Positions 28,286 through 37,370 are shown, numbered from the stretch's first letter. The stretch is DNA of 64,000 nucleotides from a bacterium (GCA_037129835.1 JBAXUE010000002.1:66334-130333), one strand, 5' to 3'. Numbers and translations are program-made. Notes: a model not told the origin generated them from the letters alone.

Positions 28286-29449
28286 CTATTTATTTCCCTT
28301 GGCACGGTTATGTGTTTTACAAAGCATCTCACAGTTATTGATATCTGTGGCGCCACCTTTACTCCATGCTGTAACATGGTCAGCATCCATTTCGGTAAGA
28401 CTCCAGATTTTTGTCTTGTTGGCGTCGTGACCGATTACGCAATTCGGACAATTTGAAATGCCTTTAGATTTAGCGGTCGTAGTTTGTGACGAATATACCG
28501 CTTTTTTAGTTGCCTCATCAAAAACACGAACTTCAAGTAGTTTCTTTTCATTAGACCCACCTAGAATATATTCAAATATTCCCTTTCGATTTTTTATGTA
28601 TGGGTCTCCATAAAGCTTTTGTACGGCCAATGACACTTTTGCAGGATCATAGGCTTTTGTATGAAATTTTTTATAAAGTCGACCCCAATCCAGGCCTCGC
28701 ATTTCACTTTCAACATCTATAAATACACCAGAAACCCATTCTATTACGCTTTTAAAATATGCTTTTAACTCAGTGATATTGTTATCAAAGCGGTGACGAC
28801 TCATATATTCGCCGTTATTACCACAACTAATCCAGTCTAAGGCTCTCTCTAGAAATTCCTGTCTGTTGGCACTGCCAGTTACATAAGCACTCCATTTTTG
28901 AATGTTGGCATTTTGACTATTACTGAATTCCTCTTTACCAAGTGTGACAAATGGACCAGAATAAACCGCATTTAATAGTTCTTGATTATTTAGCGGTACA
29001 CCGGCAATGTTTATGGTTTTGAACCACTCTTTTATTTCACTTTCTTCGCCCTCGCATTCGTATATAAGAAGCTCAGCGTTCATGATTTTAGCCTGCTTAT
29101 CTGAAGCAATTCCACTGAAGTATTGTTCCATGCCGTTTTCGTCTTTTATGGCAAATTTGTTATAAACGAATCGTCCGATACTAGTGATACGTTGTTGTCC
29201 GTCCAATACTTCTAAGTTGTCAGTGCTCACTTTGTTAAAATATATTAAGCCCAGCGGATAGTCTTTGAGTAATGAGTCAATGACCGCGACGTCTTTTTTA
29301 CCATCAGCATAGATGTAGTTACGTTGATACTCTGGCTGAATAGTGAGCTTGCCAGAGAGTCCGAACAAACCCTTGCCTTCATGCTGGTTATACACAAATC
29401 CTTCACATATATTTCTTACGGTTATGTTAGTTACTAAAGTAGTTTTCAT
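28286..29449 (-). CDS. DUF262 (ParB-like NTPase) plus C-terminal HNH nuclease
   Basis: [11 protein letters not shown]...[12 protein letters not shown]-terminus CPNC...[26 protein letters not shown]. Its start overlaps the methyltransferase stop by 4 nt. Confidence 0.8.
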   Translation of the reverse strand: MKTTLVTNITVRNICEGFVYNQHEGKGLFGLSGKLTIQPEYQRNYIYADGKKDVAVIDSLLKDYPLGLIYFNKVSTDNLEVLDGQQRITSIGRFVYNKFAIKDENGMEQYFSGIASDKQAKIMNAELLIYECEGEESEIKEWFKTINIAGVPLNNQELLNAVYSGPFVTLGKEEFSNSQNANIQKWSAYVTGSANRQEFLERALDWISCGNNGEYMSRHRFDNNITELKAYFKSVIEWVSGVFIDVESEMRGLDWGRLYKKFHTKAYDPAKVSLAVQKLYGDPYIKNRKGIFEYILGGSNEKKLLEVRVFDEATKKAVYSSQTTTAKSKGISNCPNCVIGHDANKTKIWSLTEMDADHVTAWSKGGATDINNCEMLCKTHNRAKGNK

Positions 29450-30648
29450 GCTATACCTTTCTTGTGTTTGATTAAAATCCTAGCGAATGGAACCACAACA
29501 GTTTCATCTTTTATCATATATAAATCACCGTTCACCGTTCCTCTTTTTTGCACTTCTTTCCGATACTTTTTATGCTCAGGTTTATACGGTTTGACTCCGA
29601 TGGATAAGCCCAGGTTTGCTATTCCCAAACCAATAATATCAAATTGTTCAGGAGAATATTTGTCAAGGAAACTAATTGGCACGCCCATAATACCCTTAAA
29701 GTCTCCAGGAATATGTTTAACGAAAGGAACTTCTATTGCATTAAAATTATCATAATTATCAAAAGATCTTTTAGTGCCAAATTTTATAACGTCTGACAAT
29801 TTCATTAATGGTAAGAATTCGTGAAGCCTTCCGTGGTCAAGATTAGTAAACCAGCGAACACCTTGGACTCTCGTGATGTAAACTTTCTTACCATTTTCAT
29901 CCGTCCGTATTTCGCGTACTTGCTCTAGATTGGCAATATCTTCTGGTATTTCATAAAACATTGCTCCACCATTCACTTTATGATTATTGCCAAGCCAAAT
30001 CTTGTTATCCTTAATTAATGGAAAGACTTCTTTATAAGTAATAGCGTTCATACTACCAATTATTAAGAACTTTTTTTTGTACTCAATAAGTTGTTTTAAG
30101 TACTCGCGGAACAAACTGAAAGGCGGGTTAGTTACCACTATATCAGCCTGCTTTAGTAGCTCAACACACTCGTTGCTCCGAAAATCTCCGGCTGCGTATT
30201 TATCATCGCCAAGTAAAAGCGAATAAGCATTATTGTCATGTTCTAAAAGCCATTTCACATCATTAAGGTTGGTTATGCCATCTTTATTAAGGTCTGAAAC
30301 CTCATTGATCTCAATTTTAAATGCTTTTTTATTTTTTCGATTAGAAAGTGTCTTATTTTTACCCATTTCTTCGAAACCCGGTATTTGTATCTGTGTTTGT
30401 ACAATCGGCGAACCAACGTAGCTTGTCGTTATCAACTTTTTTAAGCCAAATTCCTTAAATTTATTTGCAAAATACTTGAAGAAATTACTTTCAAATGGGT
30501 CATCGCAGTTGCAATAGACTATCTTGCCGCGAAAAACATCAGGATCGTAATCAATGTAGGCTTGGATTTCCTTCTGAATATCTTGATATTGAGTATAAAA
30601 CTCGTCGTTTTTAGTCTTTTTTGCGTTATGTAAATTTTTTTGTGCCAT
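29446..30648 (-). CDS. EcoRI-methylase-family N6-adenine DNA methyltransferase
   Basis: N-terminus [25 protein letters not shown] is typical of that family. Catalytic motif [11 protein letters not shown]. Confidence 0.8.
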   Translation of the reverse strand: MAQKNLHNAKKTKNDEFYTQYQDIQKEIQAYIDYDPDVFRGKIVYCNCDDPFESNFFKYFANKFKEFGLKKLITTSYVGSPIVQTQIQIPGFEEMGKNKTLSNRKNKKAFKIEINEVSDLNKDGITNLNDVKWLLEHDNNAYSLLLGDDKYAAGDFRSNECVELLKQADIVVTNPPFSLFREYLKQLIEYKKKFLIIGSMNAITYKEVFPLIKDNKIWLGNNHKVNGGAMFYEIPEDIANLEQVREIRTDENGKKVYITRVQGVRWFTNLDHGRLHEFLPLMKLSDVIKFGTKRSFDNYDNFNAIEVPFVKHIPGDFKGIMGVPISFLDKYSPEQFDIIGLGIANLGLSIGVKPYKPEHKKYRKEVQKRGTVNGDLYMIKDETVVVPFARILIKHKKGIA

Positions 30649-30660
30649 TTAAAACCTTAT

Positions 30661-31128
30661 TTATTTTTCAAAGCAAATTGGATTAAATATCTTTTCAGGA
30701 AAATCGTTATCTCCAATTTTATATTTTAATTCACCGTTTGTTCCATGTACTGAATATTTTTCTCGATTGCGCTTTGACACAGAAATTGATTTGACTCCGG
30801 ACTGGCTAGGCCTTAACAACCTCTCAATTTCGTCATAGTTTAAGCAACAAACTCCTGCATCGTAACATACAAGTAGGACAAAAACCTTCTCAAACTTTGA
30901 TTTTAGCTCTAATAGTTTTTCGAGATGATTCTCCGAAAATGTAAAGCTCCAGGGGATTAACCGACTCTCAGTATATTTAACATATAAGCCACTTTCTCTG
31001 AGCTGAGAGAGAATCTTAAAACTAGAATTGTCATCATCAACATAATCACTAACACCAAGACATCTTTGGTCTTGAATTATTTTTAGTAAAGCTGCCCCGT
31101 AATATAGTTGATATTTAAAATTTGCCAT
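30661..31128 (-). CDS. hypothetical protein (155 aa) between the Z1 and methyltransferase genes
   Basis: Gaps of 6 nt and 12 nt to its neighbours. Has D/E...K-containing beta-strand segments (YVKYTES, VFVLLVCYD), but no secure nuclease motif. Confidence 0.55.
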   Translation of the reverse strand: MANFKYQLYYGAALLKIIQDQRCLGVSDYVDDDNSSFKILSQLRESGLYVKYTESRLIPWSFTFSENHLEKLLELKSKFEKVFVLLVCYDAGVCCLNYDEIERLLRPSQSGVKSISVSKRNREKYSVHGTNGELKYKIGDNDFPEKIFNPICFEK

Positions 31129-31134
31129 AATAAT

Positions 31135-33018
31135 TTATCTTAGCCTATAGTTTGCCTTTTTAAGGCTATCTTTAAAATAGTAAACAAATCTACACTTTCC
31201 TGCCTCGTTTCTGATCAACATAATATGGTGCTTTGCATTGGGAAAAGCGACCATTTCTGTACCACCAAAAACACCCCTACTTCTGTATAAAAAGTCCTTA
31301 TATTCAAGGTCATCTGTTTTTGAAACCATTCTTATTGGATGGAATGCTATGTCCTTGTCTGCAGTCATTCCACTGTATACAATAAAATTAATTAGAAATA
31401 GAGGCACCACACTGCCACCGTAAAGCCGGTTAACTTCTTTTAGCTTTTGGATATTACTTATTCCTTTTTTACTAATAATATCTGAAAAAATGCTAGCGTA
31501 ATCAAACATAGGAAAATACATTTCGTTTTTGTCAGTTAATATATTCTTCTTGTCGATACTAGAACTAGAGGCGGGCTTAACTCTTTGGCTTGAAATCCAA
31601 ACTGGTGCTGCACCCTCGTCATTGCTTTTTAATGATTTTAAAGATAAATCATGAAAAATAAAACAACGGTGCCAGTCCTCGAAAAGTGATTTTGGTATTG
31701 AGAGTTCAAAGAAGTCTTTGTATTTGCCTCTACTGCCGAACATTCTAGCTCTTTGGATATAAGTGTCTTGTTGAATCCTGTGTTTAGCAGTTCGTGTGAA
31801 GAACATGCCCAAAAGATTCTTTATTGTTAAGCCCCGGGAAATTATATTTCCACCAATTATTATTGTAAAAAGAGCTGGTGCATTAGTTGGGTCTTCTTCC
31901 ATTTTATTATTTGAGTTAATAACATAAACTTTTTTCTTATTAACATAATCTTTGACAAATGTTGTCACTTCTTTTGCTGCTATATCACCAAATCTTTCTT
32001 CTGCAATACTGTGTATTATTCCAAGGTAACGTTCCCATTTGGGACCCTTATTTGTATCTGCCAGTGCGTCAAAAAAATTATCTACAATTTTTTTATCTCT
32101 TTCGTGTTCACTTTTAATGCCACTTGTATGAATAATAAAAGCAAAATTAACATCATCATTATTCGCATTTTGTTCTACGAGCTTTTCCTTGTACTCGGGA
32201 TTTATATTTAAATAAGAAGCATTAACTAAAAAGCTTGCTAAAGCTTCATGTAAATATGATGGGTCATCTCCATTCTCAGGAAGTATATTCACCATGTATT
32301 CAACTTCGGTTATTTTTTCTAGATTAATTGGAAAAAAAAAGTCTTTGCCTACATAATTTTTATGAGAATCAAAAAATACCCATTCTTCAGATAAATTATC
32401 AAAAGTATTGTTAAGATCTAGTCGTGCTGGAGTGGCTGTTACCCCAACGTAGGTGCCGTCTCTTCGAAGTAATTTGCCGATTTCGTTATTAATTGCCGTT
32501 ACTTCATCTTTATTTATTTTAGAATTTGGGCTGGCATAATCAGCCTCGTCATCAATTATTATTAAACCACTTCTATTTCTTAGTTTTTCGTTTAAATTTG
32601 TTAAATTGCGGATATTTTTCTTTGAAAAAATTATAACCTGCCCATCATTTAAGTCTTCTTCAAGAAAAGCCCTGCTAGACATGGTATCTGGTGTAGGGTC
32701 GATACCTGAACTAGTAAATCTTTCGAGATTTTGAAGTTCAAGCTTTTTATTGTCATTCATGAGAATAACAATAGTGTTGTTGCCAATATCAAGTAATTTT
32801 GCTGTAAGCGATATCATCATTTCGGTTTTGCCACTTTGTGGCTCACCGTAAATCACAAATGATGTTATACCCTTTTGAATTTTTTCTACTGAATCTGAAA
32901 CAGCGTTTTCAATTTGAAAAGTATCAATACCCTTTTTATCTCTAAGGAAATTAATTCTTTTCTCATATCGGCTGTTTCTTCTATTTTCTGAGTCTCTATA
33001 ATCATCTGGATTAAACAT
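31135..33018 (-). CDS. Z1-domain protein with SF2-helicase-like ATPase core
   Basis: GEPQSGKTE (Walker A), IIIDDEADYAS (DEAD-like), VGVTATPARL, GGNIISRGLTIKNLLGMFFTR, DTYIQRARMFGSRGKY. SD GGAGAG before the ATG. Confidence 0.8.
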   Translation of the reverse strand: MFNPDDYRDSENRRNSRYEKRINFLRDKKGIDTFQIENAVSDSVEKIQKGITSFVIYGEPQSGKTEMMISLTAKLLDIGNNTIVILMNDNKKLELQNLERFTSSGIDPTPDTMSSRAFLEEDLNDGQVIIFSKKNIRNLTNLNEKLRNRSGLIIIDDEADYASPNSKINKDEVTAINNEIGKLLRRDGTYVGVTATPARLDLNNTFDNLSEEWVFFDSHKNYVGKDFFFPINLEKITEVEYMVNILPENGDDPSYLHEALASFLVNASYLNINPEYKEKLVEQNANNDDVNFAFIIHTSGIKSEHERDKKIVDNFFDALADTNKGPKWERYLGIIHSIAEERFGDIAAKEVTTFVKDYVNKKKVYVINSNNKMEEDPTNAPALFTIIIGGNIISRGLTIKNLLGMFFTRTAKHRIQQDTYIQRARMFGSRGKYKDFFELSIPKSLFEDWHRCFIFHDLSLKSLKSNDEGAAPVWISSQRVKPASSSSIDKKNILTDKNEMYFPMFDYASIFSDIISKKGISNIQKLKEVNRLYGGSVVPLFLINFIVYSGMTADKDIAFHPIRMVSKTDDLEYKDFLYRSRGVFGGTEMVAFPNAKHHIMLIRNEAGKCRFVYYFKDSLKKANYRLR

Positions 33019-33044
33019 AGCTCTCCAAATTTAATATATATTAT

Positions 33045-33073
33045 ATTCTACTCTCCTTTTGTGCTTATCGCAA
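33045..33073 (-). promoter_or_regulatory. putative sigma-70 promoter of the Z1 operon
   Basis: On the - strand: TTGCGA-17 nt-TAGAAT, about 27 nt upstream of the Z1 ATG. The -35 overlaps the small palindrome TGCTT..AAGCA. Confidence 0.4.
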
Positions 33074-33109
33074 GCATAAATTCGGTTTGACGGCTCTAGG
33101 CATCGGATA

Positions 33110-33137
33110 TTGACAACTAAAATACGCGGAGTATAAT
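33110..33137 (+). promoter_or_regulatory. consensus sigma-70 promoter (TTGACA-16 nt-TATAAT) facing away from the Z1 operon
   Basis: Exact -35 (33110-33115) and exact -10 (33132-33137) hexamers on the + strand in a non-coding gap. Confidence 0.6.
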
Positions 33138-33142
33138 TATTC

Positions 33143-33243
33143 ATGAAGAGAGCAGTAATGCCTATGTAACGCCGAGTGGAGGCACCTCGATAGAGGGCCC
33201 GTGAAGCGAGGAGCACGAGTATATAGGTCACCTCTTCTTTTTT
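33143..33243 (+). ncRNA. candidate ~100-nt small RNA (unknown class) between DUF3800 and Z1 genes
   Basis: Starts just downstream of the consensus promoter. Closing stem GAAGAG (33145-50)/CTCTTC (33232-37) is followed by T6. Inner 8-bp hairpin GCACCTCG (33182-89)/CGAGGAGC (33207-14). G+C-richer than its surroundings. The only ORF here (33031..33231 -) lacks an SD. Confidence 0.45.
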
Positions 33244-33877
33244 ATAGCTTATTTTCTAAATATATTAAATTAACTTTTTTACCTAGTTTAGTCAGAGTTT
33301 TTTTATTTCCATACAGGTGACTATGAATAATTCCACATATCTGATCTGCTATTTGTAGATTTGCTTCTTCTGACGTGCCAAAATCAATACGAAAGTCCGA
33401 CTCTGGGTACTCTAGTTTTAGTTCGGTCTCGATAGTTCTTGATAAACCTTCTTTATTAATTAATTTTGTTTTAAAACTATCTAAAGTCACTATAGTCACC
33501 TTTTCACGTTTAAATGTTTTGCTAGATTCAAGCAAAACCTTCTTTACAAGGTTGATGTACAACCTGTCATAGACAAGCTTACTTTTGTAATAATATTTCT
33601 GAGACAGCAGATTCTTGCTCTGAGAAGCAGCGAATACTGTAATCTCAGGTGCTGGACACTCAGGACTAAAGATATATGGCAATATATACAAGTCTGATAA
33701 AGCATTTGAGCTCTTTATTTCACCTTTCGGATAACTGGCAGGTAGTGCCTTCCTCTTAACCTTCTTATACCATTTCGCCGTCTCACCCGGATTTGCAGTG
33801 CTAAAACCGGCCACAGCCATAAACTGATTTTTTGTGCCCTTTTCTAAGTTAAAAGTTTCGTCGATATAGATAAACAT
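33242..33877 (-). CDS. DUF3800-like protein
   Basis: N-terminus MFIYIDETFNL (the IYIDE acidic motif typical of DUF3800). 211 aa. Confidence 0.65.
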   Translation of the reverse strand: MFIYIDETFNLEKGTKNQFMAVAGFSTANPGETAKWYKKVKRKALPASYPKGEIKSSNALSDLYILPYIFSPECPAPEITVFAASQSKNLLSQKYYYKSKLVYDRLYINLVKKVLLESSKTFKREKVTIVTLDSFKTKLINKEGLSRTIETELKLEYPESDFRIDFGTSEEANLQIADQICGIIHSHLYGNKKTLTKLGKKVNLIYLENKL

Positions 33878-33941
33878 ACTTATATTTTACCCTTGCCATA
33901 GGATAAAACTAGTAGACAAGTTGAAACAGCACGCTAGCCTA

Positions 33942-34661
33942 CTATTTCAAATCACGTAATTCCTCTATCACTCCGACTTTATTAAGAATGGGTATCATTT
34001 CGGAGCTACCTTCATAATTACTATAGTAGAAAGTTCCACCGATTTCGTACCATCTTTTAAATGGTTTCCCTTTCTCTGGAGTGAACAAAAAATGTGTCCA
34101 AAGTCTGTAGTCTAGCATGTCGATGTGATTTGTCTCGACATGTAGAAATGAGTGCGGCTTCAACACGCCTAGTGAGTTCTCTGCTATCCCCATCGGTGCT
34201 GGCGGGTCATCATCTTGAGGTATATTACCCCCTACAATATCCTCGACACTGGTATAGTGATTACTTGAATCATTTATAATATAGGCGTCATAGAAGCCAG
34301 ACTCTTTTTCGTCAAAGACGATTGCAATGTAGAGTCCCTTGTTATGTTTTCTGATTTTGTCCCACTCTTTCTGTTCTTCTATCTCTGGACATATCATCTT
34401 GGCACTGCATTTAGGGCATGGATGACTAGCTGGCCAGATGTGATACTTTTCGTCATGACAATATGGGCATAGATTCACTAGAGACTGAAAGTATTTCTCT
34501 GGATCCCACGGCACATCCCAAGCCTTGGTAGTGACTTCTACTAATATCTTTCTTCTATCACAGACACAAGTCCGCGTTTCCTGATCGGCACAGCGGCCAA
34601 AACCAGCAATAGTCTTTTTTTGATAATTACACTTTGTGCATTTGTATAACTTGTGTGTCAT
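33942..34661 (-). CDS. hypothetical multi-zinc-ribbon protein (239 aa)
   Basis: Start moved to the ATG at 34661, because the listed 5' extension translates hairpin repeats. Cys pairs: CTKC, CVCD, CPYC, CPKC. Confidence 0.55.
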   Translation of the reverse strand: MTHKLYKCTKCNYQKKTIAGFGRCADQETRTCVCDRRKILVEVTTKAWDVPWDPEKYFQSLVNLCPYCHDEKYHIWPASHPCPKCSAKMICPEIEEQKEWDKIRKHNKGLYIAIVFDEKESGFYDAYIINDSSNHYTSVEDIVGGNIPQDDDPPAPMGIAENSLGVLKPHSFLHVETNHIDMLDYRLWTHFLFTPEKGKPFKRWYEIGGTFYYSNYEGSSEMIPILNKVGVIEELRDLK

Positions 34662-34702
34662 ATTTGCAATATACGCTCGTTTTGTGCCTGGGGCAAGACC
34701 CA

Positions 34703-34779
34703 GGAGGTCATCCTTACGAAAGTAAGGATGACCTCCGGAGGGTAAGAAAGAGATCCCTGGGTTTGTGACCAGGGATGAC
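34703..34779. repeat. two GTCATCC hairpin modules
   Basis: GGAGGTCATCCTTACGAAAGTAAGGATGACCTCC (14-bp stem) and GAGATCCCTGGGTTTGTGACCAGGGATGAC (reverse copy of the 21275 module). Confidence 0.9.
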
Positions 34780-34976
34780 AACGGGTGTTCCCACGAAAAA
34801 TAACTCAGTCCGCAGACCGACACTTTGAGAAATATGTATGCTGTAGCTCGGCTACTAAAAGTATTTTTAAAAGAGAGTTGTTATTTTTCTTGAACTTAAC
34901 TCCATTTTCTTTCAAGAGAAAATGGATAATAAATAATTAATAAATTTTTAGTTAGAATAAATTGGTATATTGCGAA

Positions 34977-35546
34977 TTAATGTCCGCCGTAGACAGTGAA
35001 GCCTTTTTGTTTTAGCTCTTCGGCGAGCTTTATCTCGGCCTTTTTTGCTTCTTCTCTATTTTCTATCTTTCCTATCTTGCCGTAGAGGTCTGGGCGGAGC
35101 TTTGGATTGTCTGCCTTTCGGACCTTTACTGATGAGTTCAGCCCTGCCATGTGTTGCTCCAGTCGTATTTCTGGATCATAGATACTTTGCCCGATATATA
35201 TTTTCTTCTCGTTGTTATCTAGTTCGATAGCATATACTTGCCAAAAATCATTCTGGACCATGGGTCCAGCGATAACCATATATTTTTTTGCTTCGAGAGC
35301 GACGATAACCGCTTTTGCGGCCTCTATCGCCTCTTCGGCAGTATCATACTCTGGTAATTCTTTTGTCCATTTGGTCAGATTAGCGGGGTGACGTTCTTTG
35401 CGAACGCTAGTCACAAACTTTTCAAAGGCTTGCTGGTGATTGCTCGTGCCATATCCGACAAATACTTTTTTCTTACCTTGGTCTATTTCAAATACGTTTA
35501 CTATGTATTTATTATCTTCCATTTTTTTGGTCTCCTGTAGCGTCAT
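34977..35546 (-). CDS. GIY-YIG-like domain protein
   Basis: The C-half WQVYAIELDNNEKKIYIGQSIYDPEIRLEQH fits GIY-YIG spacing. The N-half has no assignment. Confidence 0.5.
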   Translation of the reverse strand: MTLQETKKMEDNKYIVNVFEIDQGKKKVFVGYGTSNHQQAFEKFVTSVRKERHPANLTKWTKELPEYDTAEEAIEAAKAVIVALEAKKYMVIAGPMVQNDFWQVYAIELDNNEKKIYIGQSIYDPEIRLEQHMAGLNSSVKVRKADNPKLRPDLYGKIGKIENREEAKKAEIKLAEELKQKGFTVYGGH

Positions 35547-35577
35547 TTTACTCCTATTTTGTGCTTAGAGCAAGGGA

Positions 35578-36651
35578 TTATTTATCCCAAACGCAGCTAC
35601 TCCCAAAGTGTCCGTGCTTTGCGGTTTCTAGATACATTGGCTTTTTTAGTTTTAGAAAACTGATGATTCCCCGAGGGGTCAAGTCGTACTCGTTCGATCC
35701 CAGTAGGTTTACCTCGGTTCTGTTATCAATAATAGCGATGGCCATCACCGGCTCTGCGACACCGATACTATAAGCAAGCTTCACGAGCACTTCATGGGCA
35801 TTTTCTTTGCGGAGATAGTCTACGGCGATACGGCGCGCCATATAGGCAGCGCTTCTGTCTACCTTCGTGGCGTCTTTGCCACTAAAACAGCCACCTCCTA
35901 TGGGAATCTGAGGACCGTAATTGTCTACTGCTAGCTTGCGACCGGTGAGACCAGTGTCGGCGGTAAAGCCTCCTACTACAAATTCCCCTGTCGGGTTAAT
36001 GTGAATATGTTTTGGTTCAAGTGTTTCCGCTAATATTCTCAGGGGTGTAAAGTCTGCGCCTTCAAGATGCTGGGCACTGATGACTACTGTGTCTACTTTA
36101 CCATTTTCACCCAACGTTACTTGACTTTTCGCATCTGGACCGAAACCTTTCGGTAAATTCTTCATCAGTTGTCTGGCTAAATATAGCTCCTGCGGGATCA
36201 TTTCTTCGTTTTCATCGCAGGCATATCCGACCATGATTCCTTGGTCCCCCGCCCCACCAGTATCTACTCCTTGGGCGATTTCTGGGCTTTGATGAACGAT
36301 ATTTATGTGTATCTCGAGTTCGTCAGAATATCCGATTTCTGAATAAATATTTTGTACAATATTTTTGACGTCTACTTTTGCACATGATGTCACTTCTCCG
36401 GTGATATATATGTGCCCATGACCTCCCATCGTCTCTATCGCTACCCTACTTTCTGGGTCTTGTCTTAGATATTCGTCTAGTAATCCGTCGGATATTTGGT
36501 CGCAGACTTTATCGGGGTGTCCAGGGCTGACGCACTCGGCTGTCCGTATCCCCTTCTTGCTATAATATTCTACTTTTTCTTTTCGCGAGTTTATCGCCGT
36601 CATCGCTTCTTTCACTACTTCCTCCTTTGTCTTACCATGGGTATCGATCAT
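35578..36651 (-). CDS. metK: S-adenosylmethionine synthetase
   Basis: GHPDKVCDQISD, GAGDQGIMVGYA, GGGCFSGKDATKVDRSAAY. Confidence 0.95.
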   Translation of the reverse strand: MIDTHGKTKEEVVKEAMTAINSRKEKVEYYSKKGIRTAECVSPGHPDKVCDQISDGLLDEYLRQDPESRVAIETMGGHGHIYITGEVTSCAKVDVKNIVQNIYSEIGYSDELEIHINIVHQSPEIAQGVDTGGAGDQGIMVGYACDENEEMIPQELYLARQLMKNLPKGFGPDAKSQVTLGENGKVDTVVISAQHLEGADFTPLRILAETLEPKHIHINPTGEFVVGGFTADTGLTGRKLAVDNYGPQIPIGGGCFSGKDATKVDRSAAYMARRIAVDYLRKENAHEVLVKLAYSIGVAEPVMAIAIIDNRTEVNLLGSNEYDLTPRGIISFLKLKKPMYLETAKHGHFGSSCVWDK

Positions 36652-36668
36652 AAATAATAGTTCTTTTG

Positions 36669-36818
36669 TTATTTCTTCCTTCTTTCTTTTTCACATCTAT
36701 CAATATAATTAATAGTTACTTCTGCAATTGTTTCTGGTGTTTCATTTAGCACATCAGTCAGGTATCCTATCCCGAATCGAATTTCTTGTTTTTCTTTTTC
36801 TGTTAGATACATAAACAT
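36669..36818 (-). CDS. possible small leader ORF (49 aa) upstream of metK
   Basis: ATG at 36818 (MFMYLTEKEK...), 17 nt before the metK start. Weak SD and no homology recognised. Confidence 0.3.
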   Translation of the reverse strand: MFMYLTEKEKQEIRFGIGYLTDVLNETPETIAEVTINYIDRCEKERRKK

Positions 36819-37174
36819 CCCTTTCTTTTCTTTCTTTTCTTTTGAAAAATCATTAGGTAGCCTCAGCTGCCCGACTATCAACGATTGCCAGAAATTGCGT
36901 TAAACGAATTTCTTAATGAGTTGAAGGAGTCGATTTTCCTGAACCTGGCGCCACCTGCTTTCAAGAGGAGGTGGCAATTAATAAAATTAATCTGCCGTAA
37001 TCTATAACTATTTAACTACTTATTTTGATACCTTTGTCTTTCGTCACAAAGGTATCGCCAAAAGACTCTTTTCATGCGGACTCACTGCGGTTCACCGCAA
37101 TGTCTGATAATATTTTGTTTTCAGAAACATCGTTGTCATTGAATCAACTTTCATCAAGTTAGTTATTTACCAAT

Positions 37175-37350
37175 CAAAAAATCTTTCCATTTGGAAAGAT
37201 AAGTTCGACCTTTGAGTTTTCACTCCTTATCGTTCCGCATTTGCGGCTAGCATTGGCACCCATTTGGTGTGGGTTGCCGGCAGGTACCGCCGTCGCGACG
37301 CTATGTCGGTCAGGCATCGGGCTAGTTCCCTATCTGCACTCTTGATATAT
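37175..37350 (-). promoter_or_regulatory. SAM-I (S-box) riboswitch with intrinsic terminator
   Basis: The - strand reads TATCAAGAG..AGATAGGGAACTAGCCCGATG..GCCGGCAACCC..GGTGCCAATGCTAGCCG..AACGATAAGGAG, matching S-box conserved blocks. Terminator ATCTTTCC-AAAT-GGAAAGAT+T6 at 37200-37175. Extended -10 TGATATAAT at 37373-37365. metK lies downstream. Confidence 0.85.
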
Positions 37351-37370
37351 TTGATTGTAGATATATTATA

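Noticed and set aside
33031-33231. 66-aa ORF on the - strand in the DUF3800/Z1 gap.
   Set aside because: It has no SD and an odd composition. It spans two back-to-back promoters and a hairpin-rich segment that is better explained as regulatory/ncRNA DNA.
34662-34823. 5' extension of ORF 33942..34823 (N-terminal 54 aa).
   Set aside because: The extension is the translation of two GTCATCC hairpin repeats. The ATG at 34661 starts the Cys-rich protein proper.
36900-37360. First impression of a tmRNA or other housekeeping RNA (AAGTTCGACC and GTCAGG strings on the + strand).
   Set aside because: There is no GGGG...CCACCA acceptor pairing, T-arm or tag ORF. Read on the - strand, the region matches SAM-I riboswitch conserved blocks followed by a terminator upstream of metK.
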